The notes under the pieces were generated by a model. That model had not been told where the DNA came from and did not search any database. It was given only the letters and a program-made list of their open reading frames with translations. A stretch of DNA of 53,220 nucleotides, filler included, from Jimgerdemannia flammicorona (lineage: Eukaryota), in NCBI GenBank assembly GCA_003990765.1. It is 3 parts of 3 records of this genome, joined end to end, with 100 filler letters (N's around TTAATTAATTAA, not from the genome) between each part and the next. Parts side by side here need not be neighbours in the genome. Positions count along the whole stretch, not along the records: positions 35,553 to 53,220 come from RBNJ01002457.1; 2 more parts are not named here. One strand, given 5' to 3'. Both the position numbers and the translations under genes were made by a program. Each line of letters starts with the position of its first letter. Positions within the stretch are counted from its first letter, which is position 1. Positions 45,694 to 53,220 of the stretch are shown here, one piece after another.

Positions 45694-46407
45694 GATATTT
45701 CAGTTTAGTGCTGCTATAGTTAGTTTGCTGCTGATTGGTTGCTCAGTTTGTATAAGCTATCTTATGGTGCTGTTGGTCAGGTCCTTCTTGGGCTAGAACT
45801 ACTCTGAGGCTATCTTTGGAGACATTTGTATACAAAATAAATAACTTCTATAGATTGGGCCAGATTAGGATTGGTGCTGTAGTTATACAGTACTTGAGAT
45901 TCTTGAAGGCTTTCTCTTGTAATTCTGTCTATTTGTAAGATACTTCTTTCTTGAGAAAAATTTGAATTGGAGCAACAATTTGGGCTAAGTTCTTGATAAA
46001 TCTTCTGTAATAGGACACTAGTACCAGAAATAATAGTATTTCCTTTAAGGTCTTGAGTACTGGCCAATTGTTGATCTTCTCAGTTTTCTTTAAATCTGTA
46101 TGAGTTCTTTCTTTTAAAACTGTAAATCCAAGAAATTCAAGTTTCTGTTTTCCAAAGTAGCATTTCCTAATATTGAGTCTCAGATAGTTCTTGTAGGTGA
46201 GCTTTAAGAATTCCTCTAAGTGGTATAGATATTTCTCAAAATTTCCATATATACAATCAGGCAGTGGTAGATTAGAGAGCTATAGACTGATTTCATCATT
46301 CTCTAGAAGGTGAAAGGTGTATTACAAAGTCCAAAGGGTATTCAGAGGTATTCAGTCAGTTTTTCTAGAGCAAAAAAGACTGTTTTCTGAATGTCCTTAG
46401 GGTCTAT

Positions 46408-47297
46408 TTTTTTTTTTTTTTTTTTGAAGTTACTTGGACTACTACTTTATTACCATATTCTATATTATATTATAATACAATATCCAAACCAACCTACTAC
46501 CCAATCCCCCTAGGAGAGACCTCACTAATTCCTACTCATTTTAAAACTATGTGGCCCTCAATCACCTCTATTCAACCCCTACTCTGCATATAGACCCCTT
46601 CAACAAGCTTGTAGTAGCAGCCACTCTGAGGCCTCCAGCTCACCCACCAGCCAGTCAAGAGATCCTTCATCAGCCCATCCCATCTCAACAGTCTCTCTGT
46701 AAGGCTCAACTACCATTCTTCCTCAAATACAAAAAGCCAATACCTAGCCAGCCCCACTTAAATTGCTAAGACCCAACTATATATAAGTTACTCATTCTCT
46801 ACCCCCCCTACAAGCTGCTCCTTCAAATCCTCCCAATGGCCCCTCACCTCATCTCCCCTCCTATATACCCCCAGATGCTCATCTATAGTAATTTAGAAAT
46901 TACCAAACACCTCATACTCTCCCAGCTAATGTTCAGGCAACTGTACAAAACCTCCTTCCTATCCCACATTAAGGCAGTCCTCACACTCAAACTCCCCACC
47001 CTCAATCAAATGTCCAGAGTAGAAGTTCAGCATGATATTCCTCCTTAACATATGCCATCATACCACCCAGAACTTGGGGGGAAGCTACTTCTTAATCTTA
47101 GTACTCCAGGACCAAACTTCGGTCCAGTCTTACTTCTCACCTATATTAACACCCTGCCAACCCACTGGCCATATGTCCAACCCCATCTCCCTCTGATACT
47201 CAATCCCATCCCAATATCAAACTCAATAAGGAGAGAGCCCCCAAGCAGGAGTCTATCTCAGTGCCACATTACTGACCCCCAATGCACTTTCCCCTCA
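46408..47297 (-). mobile_element. 5'-truncated L1/Tx1-type LINE inserted in the G2 RT
   Basis: Poly(T) at 46407-46425; C-rich plus strand; shares the CCCCCAAGTTCT segment with the LB 3' region (~45022); imperfect TSD TCCTTAGGGTCTAT (46394-46407) / TCCTTGGATCTAT (47298-47310). Confidence 0.8.
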
Positions 47298-48159
47298 TCC
47301 TTGGATCTATAGAGATCTTGTAAAAAGGTCTATACTGCTGAAGTATCTGGCATCTTGTAACTAGTCTAAGAGATCATCAATTCTGGGCAAAGGATAGACA
47401 TTATTTTTAGTTACTGAGTTGAGTTTCCTATAGTCTATATAGAGTCTCTATCCTCCTTTCTTTGATACAATAAGTATAGGGCTGGCCCAAGGGCTAGTAG
47501 AGGGTTATATAACTCTATTGTCTAAGAATAAATGTATTCCTTTTTAAATGTTTTTAGGTTATGGGGTATTCTATAGAGTTTCTGTCAGATAGATGTTGTA
47601 TTTTCTGCATTTATACTATAGTGATATAATAGGTTATATGGTAGGTTGCCATAATCAGTAGTGAAGATATCTTGATATTTGTAGAGGAGTTCCACTAATT
47701 GTTATCATTATTGAGATATCAATTCTTCTCCAATATTAGTGGAAGACTTTACTGTCTCCTGGGTTGCAGAGGGGCCTTTCCTTTCTTCTGAAACCTTTTG
47801 CCATTTCCCAATAAGTTTAGCTTATAAACTTCTTTGTGGGTTTAGTTGAGGAAGGGCTCTAGATATCCTACAATAGTTCCTTTTGGCAAGATGATACATT
47901 CCCAGCTCTGGTTGGTTGCTTGGGAGTGCACTGGATTCATCTTGTCAGATAATATATATTCCTTGATGTCCAGGTTTGGGATGTCTTCATTGGGTTCGAA
48001 GAAGAGGTTCCTGGGGTTGGGTGGTACAAAGATTTCGAAAATGGTTTGCTCTCCAGGCTCCAGGATGAGGTTCTTGTGAAATTTGACTAGTTGATAATAT
48101 ACTTACTGAGGGGCATCCTTCTTGAGGTGATTGACCTAGAGGAGGTATACTTCCTTCTT

Positions 48160-48567
48160 ATCTGAGCTTCCAAATCCTTCAACTTATCTTGTTTCTTCAG
48201 TCAGTTTGGAGACTTTTTATAATTGAGGAGTCTTGACTTTCATGAAGACTGCTTGAGCAATCTTCTGTCCTCTAAGGATTTAGTACTATTTTATACCACT
48301 GTTATATAGGATAATCTTGATTTTGCCTGTATATTCTGGATCTATAGTTCCTCCTTCTACAGTTACTTCTTATCTGGCAAGTCCAGACCTTGAGGTCAGT
48401 TAAATATAAGTTCCTCTGGACAGCTGCATGACTAGTTCAGTTCTGAATACTAATATTCTTTCTGGTCTGATGGATTCATCCTCCAGACTATAGAGGTCCT
48501 ACTCTATATCTTCTTGGTGAGCTTTGGTTAAGGGTTTGGCCTTAGGATGTAGTAGGATATACTGGAA
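48160..48567 (-). pseudogene. dUTPase domain in G2 pol
   Basis: Minus-strand motifs TSRSGLA, GGTIDPEYTGKI, QKIAQAV, GFGSS. Confidence 0.88.
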
Positions 48568-51500
48568 AATATCTTTGCTGAGTTTGGACTGTCTTTGGAC
48601 TGAAGCTCTACTAGTAAGAAGTCTCTATACTCTGAGATTAAGGTGTGGCCATCTGGCTCCAGTAGAGGGATCTTAGAGATAATTGATTCCTCTTTTTCCT
48701 ATAAGGTCTAGGGCTTCCATGAAGTTGATGGTATCTTCTACTCATTCTTGGCAAGTTGCATATCTGATAAAAGCTAAGATATCTTCTCTTAAATTATAGA
48801 TCTTAAGGGTCCTTTTTTCTGATTTCTTGGTTTGACTTCTTCAGATCTGAGTTCTGTTGTATTCTCTCATTAGAGTGTAAACTACAAAATCCTGGCTGAG
48901 GTGAATCTTCTGGTGTCTGCAGTCTTGGCAGTCTGGGTGTCTTCTATGGTTATAATATCTCATTGCTTGAAAATACTGTTCTCAGTTGTTGTCTTGAGAA
49001 TTAGTATCTATCTTGATCATAGGTTGGGGGAAGGGTGGCCAAGAGATATACTTCTGTTCAGATATAGAGACCTTATCCTCTGGCTCAGCTTTGCAATTTA
49101 GTAGTGACTTCTTGAAAGATAGTTAACTGTGTAACTGTAATTAGAAGTTCTGATCTGTGGGGTCTCTATCTTTCTTATTGATCCAGTAGATAGTATTGAT
49201 AGCAGTAGTCTTGGAGAGAGTAGAAGACTATTTGATGTGGACATCTTCCTAGCTGGAAGGCTCTTTCTTGCTGTGTTTCCTGCTTCAGAATAATAAGAAT
49301 TATACTTAATCCTTTTTTGAGGTTCCAGGGATCATTGTCTTCTAATGGAGTCTAGTGGGGGTCATCCTAGAGAATGAGTTTAAAGATCTCTTCTTTTTTA
49401 GATCCTTTTTGTTCAGGAATCTCCTATGCAGAGGTTTCTTCTTCCTCAGATAATTCTTGACTCCAGATTGTTTATACTTCTGCAGTTTAGCTGCAGGTGT
49501 TTCTGGAACATATCTGTATTCCTTCTTTTTCCTTCTATACTCAGAGCAGACTGTGCCAGATGAATTCCTTGTCCAAATAATCTTAAAGGAGGGTCCAGAG
49601 CACTTGTGTCTTTTGAGTTAGATAGGGCATCCTTTGATCTATCCTGCAATGACTCCAATTGTATTAGAGATAGTATTTCTGGTCCATACATTGTCTTCTG
49701 GCCTGTTATCTACTATATTGATTCAGGAATTAAGTCTGGGATTACTTCTATCTTCAGATTCTTCTTCCTCTTTTATGGTAGACTCTTTACTACTGGTATA
49801 TTCTTCCTGAATGATAATCTTCTTTTTCTTCTTTGATTGCTCATAGCTGGTTACCTTAACTCTGTACCTCTTTCCTCAGTAATCAAACTTGAGTACTTAT
49901 TGACTGATATCAACCACTATATTCATTTCCTTCATCCAGTTGATACCAAGGATTATATCATAGGTACATAATAGCTTCAGTTATAATAGCTTTTAAAATG
50001 GAAAACTGAATGTGTCCCAGGAAGATAGTGATATTTCATACTTCTCCAAGAGGTTGGATTCAGGATTCATCTGTTACTATGATACTGAGATTAGATAGTC
50101 CATCAATGGGCTATTAGAGTGTGTCCAGGAATTATTTAGCAATAACACAGACTGCTGCTCCTATATCTATGAGAATTTTTGCCTTTTGTCCTCTAATATC
50201 TCTATATAAATAGGTGCTGACATATCTCTCTATAGCTTTAATAGGAGTGGGAGCTGGTTCTTGCTGTGGGATTGGGACCCAGCCAGTGCTAGATTTGATA
50301 GTTCTTAATAACTTGTTTCAGACTCCAGCTAGTCTCAGTTGTAGAAACTGCAAGAGAGATATATCTATCTTGGCTTCTTGAATCTTTTGCCAGGCTTCAT
50401 TGTAGATATCTCTGGACATAATCTTTAGGGTATACTTCTTCTTGGGTTTTGGGACAATAGGCTTCTATTCTTCTTACTTCATTTCTTTATTCTCTAGAGA
50501 TAGTTCATTTATTTCAGGAACAAAAGGTGAGGGAGACTGGAGAGGTGTTTCTACTTGCTCCTCTTCTCATTCTTCATCTTCTTCTTATATGATTCTTCTA
50601 CTGGTATTCCTGGATAGTCTTCCTATAGGTCTTTTCCTTCTCTCTGCTAGATAGACTGTTTTTCTGATGATAACTTTGGCTAGTTATGACTGAATAGCAT
50701 ACTGTTAGACCAGTAGAAGAGAAGAAGATAGAAGGGCTGAGTATAGAAGAAACAAGACCTAGAGAAGAAGAATAATATATAGAGTACCCACTAGTTTCTA
50801 TATAATATTAAAGTAGTGTTCTTTTGAAAGGAGTCTATTTTGGAGAAAGGGATTATAAAGATAATGTATATCACATAGAAGATCAATGGCAAGAATAGTA
50901 CTAATAAGTGAGAGAGATATATATGGGGGTTAAAAGATAGATCCTATATAAATTTACCAGACCAAAGGAATCCAAAATATATATGTATGAAAGTTGTGAC
51001 AAAAGTCAAATAATCTGCTATCAATAGGTCCAATAGAGGAAGAATCTATAATAAAATAGAGATAGTAATGAGAAGGTGGAACTGGGAGAATAAGTCTCCA
51101 AGTTAGTATTTGATATCTTACAGAATATAGAGTAGCTGAAGTAAGCTCTCAAAGAGGTTAGAGATATCTATATCAATGTGAAGAGAGTAGACTACTGATA
51201 GGTATAACTTGATAGATAAATAGCAGAGATATTAAAGAGTGAGAGAATATACTCACTGAATTAAATACTACTCAGAAATAGGCAAAATGGACTCATTATC
51301 ATTATAGAGATTATTGAGAGTATAGAATTTATAGAACCTATATTGTCTTATATTATATGACTATTATGTAGAGTTTGCCAAACCAAACTATAAGAAGAAA
51401 TCAGTAAGAGACAGAAGATATATATGGAGAGAGAGCCAGATATTGTCAGGATCTATTTGGTATAAGAGATAAGAGAGTGGAACTGAGGAAGGTCAAGATG

Positions 51501-52961
51501 AGCTAGTATATTAGTAATAACATTAAGATATAAAGAGATGTATAAGACCTGAAGTTAGAAAGAGTATTAGGCACTAAGAAAGAAAAGATATCATAGAAGC
51601 TTGAGTAGTTTAGAGTTGTGAGATATGCCAGAGTTAATATAGAAAACTATAGTCTGATTATTAATATATATAGATATAGTAAACTATTAGTAGGAGTTCC
51701 AGAACAATGACTATATATAGTTTTTGAATTGAATGTTCTCAAGAAGAAAGTCAGTTTTGAACTATAGTATAGAAAACTATATATTATTAAAAAAGGTAGC
51801 AAAGCCTAGCATACTATTAGTATTGGTCTAAAATGGATTATCAGTGACTTTCTCTACAGAATTGATAATGGCTATCTCATTCTAACTAGTGTAATGAGCA
51901 GTAGAATCATACTGTCAAAATCATAAATTAGCCACATACTATATCTAGTATACTTGGCAATCAAGACTGCTTTACTGTACCAATCTGTATAATTAGCCAG
52001 AGATACCAGAATAAGTATGTTTACTTATATCAGTTTAGTATACTATACTGTTTAGGAATACTTACCATAGATAGTAATCTATAATTAATAATATCGTAAT
52101 CAGGTAGCAACCACAACTATATAAAATATTCCAGAGATAAGAGTGAATAAACTTTAGTCTGAAAATTAAAGCAAAAGGCAAGTCTGCCTACTATACTTCA
52201 AGGGATATATCTGCTAAAAGCCAATTGATCTAAGAAGAATTATAATACTTAGAAGAAATATTCACTCTAAAGCTACTACTAGGAGATTGTGGGCTTACTT
52301 TTTCAGTTTACTTTTTAATATAAAGAATGAGTCTGTTTTTCAAGAGAAGTTTATTTTTGGTTTACTTTCAGATAAGTCTGAAGAATCTGAGAAATCTGTT
52401 AAGTTCAAGTGAAGAACTTTGCTGCTATTTGAGAAATTCACTATTCTCAGAGAGCCTGTTATAAGAAATCTTGCCTCAAGCCAGTCTTCTAATACAACTT
52501 TTCAGTAGAGCCAGTCTATAATGTAGACTCATATAAACAAAGCCAGTCTTTGATATAACTTACTAAAAATCTGCTATCTGAGCTATTCAAGTTATTTAAG
52601 TTATCTACCATTATTCAAGAGACTAGCTGATTCAGAAGAATCCATATCAAATCAAGTTATCCACATCTATATAAGAAATATTGCCAAGATTATTATATAG
52701 AATTTATATACTTTTGAAGATTATTGTGCTATATAGAGATTATCATACTATACAAGAGATTGTTATATCAGAAATTGTATACTTTTGGAGAATATCCACA
52801 CTATATATAAATCACTACTATATCTAGAAAACTATTCCAATAAGGAAATCACAAAAATTACTTACAGATATCCAGCTTTAACTATTATACTACTAAATAT
52901 CAATAAGGAATCTTAGAATATTTTATTGCTTTTGACAAAGTAACTGGAGACTCACAGACAT

Positions 52962-53220
52962 TGCACCTTTCTCCGGTAACATTCAGGTTACACAAGACTC
53001 AGACAACACTTCTACAACGTTTTTGGTGTCCGACAACTAACAACATGGATGGCAACGATCGATCTGGTGAGCGTACTGGTCAGGGGGGCGGCGGCGCCTT
53101 TGGCTGGCAGCAGGTGGGGAGGAGGGGAGATGGTTTGGGGATGCCAGGGGCCTCGATGGCTAGCCGGGGCCCCAGCGGCGGAGGGAGGGGAGGTCTGAGG
53201 CAGAGAGGAGGGGAGAGGAC
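52962..53220 (+). mobile_element. 5' end of a young LB LINE (5'UTR and ORF1 start, ATG 53045), cut by window end
   Basis: Closely similar to 30518-30775 (GTAACATTCRGGTKACACAAGACTCAGACAACAC...ATGGAYGGCAAC); CpG retained. Confidence 0.9.

Larger units (their letters stand above)
38400..50690 (-). mobile_element. Second Ty3/gypsy element (family G2), internal region only, split by two LINE insertions
   Basis: Minus strand: protease ILIDIGAAVC (~50160), dUTPase (~48160-48567), RT SPWASP and IDYRKLN (~47430-47495), IDPKDIQKT (46380-46407), RNase H FTLITD (~39920), integrase LVEYLTKW (~39400) and EPK*DG (~38830). No LTRs recognised. Confidence 0.85.

Overview
Eukaryotic, almost certainly fungal, repeat-rich DNA. 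An early-diverging lineage such as Mucoromycota is my inference from the TE repertoire, not a certainty. The window is three unrelated contigs (1-17677, 17778-35452, 35553-53220; 17677/17675/17668 bp) joined by artificial 100-bp N44-TTAATTAATTAA-N44 linkers. Most of it is decayed, C-to-T hypermutated retroelements: (i) a complete Ty3/gypsy element (328-14815) with a dUTPase in pol and ~1.55-kb LTRs, plus two further LTR copies; (ii) a second, different dUTPase-bearing gypsy element on the minus strand; (iii) six copies or fragments of G-rich L1/Tx1-type LINEs, several nested with visible target-site duplications, two of them young and CpG-retaining; (iv) two foldback/MITE-like inverted repeats. 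A CpG-retaining island (17778-~23540) holds an intronless NYN/PIN-like nuclease gene and a broken tandem paralog. The most unusual signal is inside the gypsy LTR. It contains a ~270-285-codon ORF whose frame is preserved in all four LTR copies, with a TATA box upstream, a 35-bp-period array of 18-bp palindromes (clearest in two copies) and AATAAA downstream, and a second, apparently related ORF just upstream. This is a candidate self-contained accessory (possibly anti-silencing) cassette. No homology searches could be run; family calls rest on motifs read by eye.
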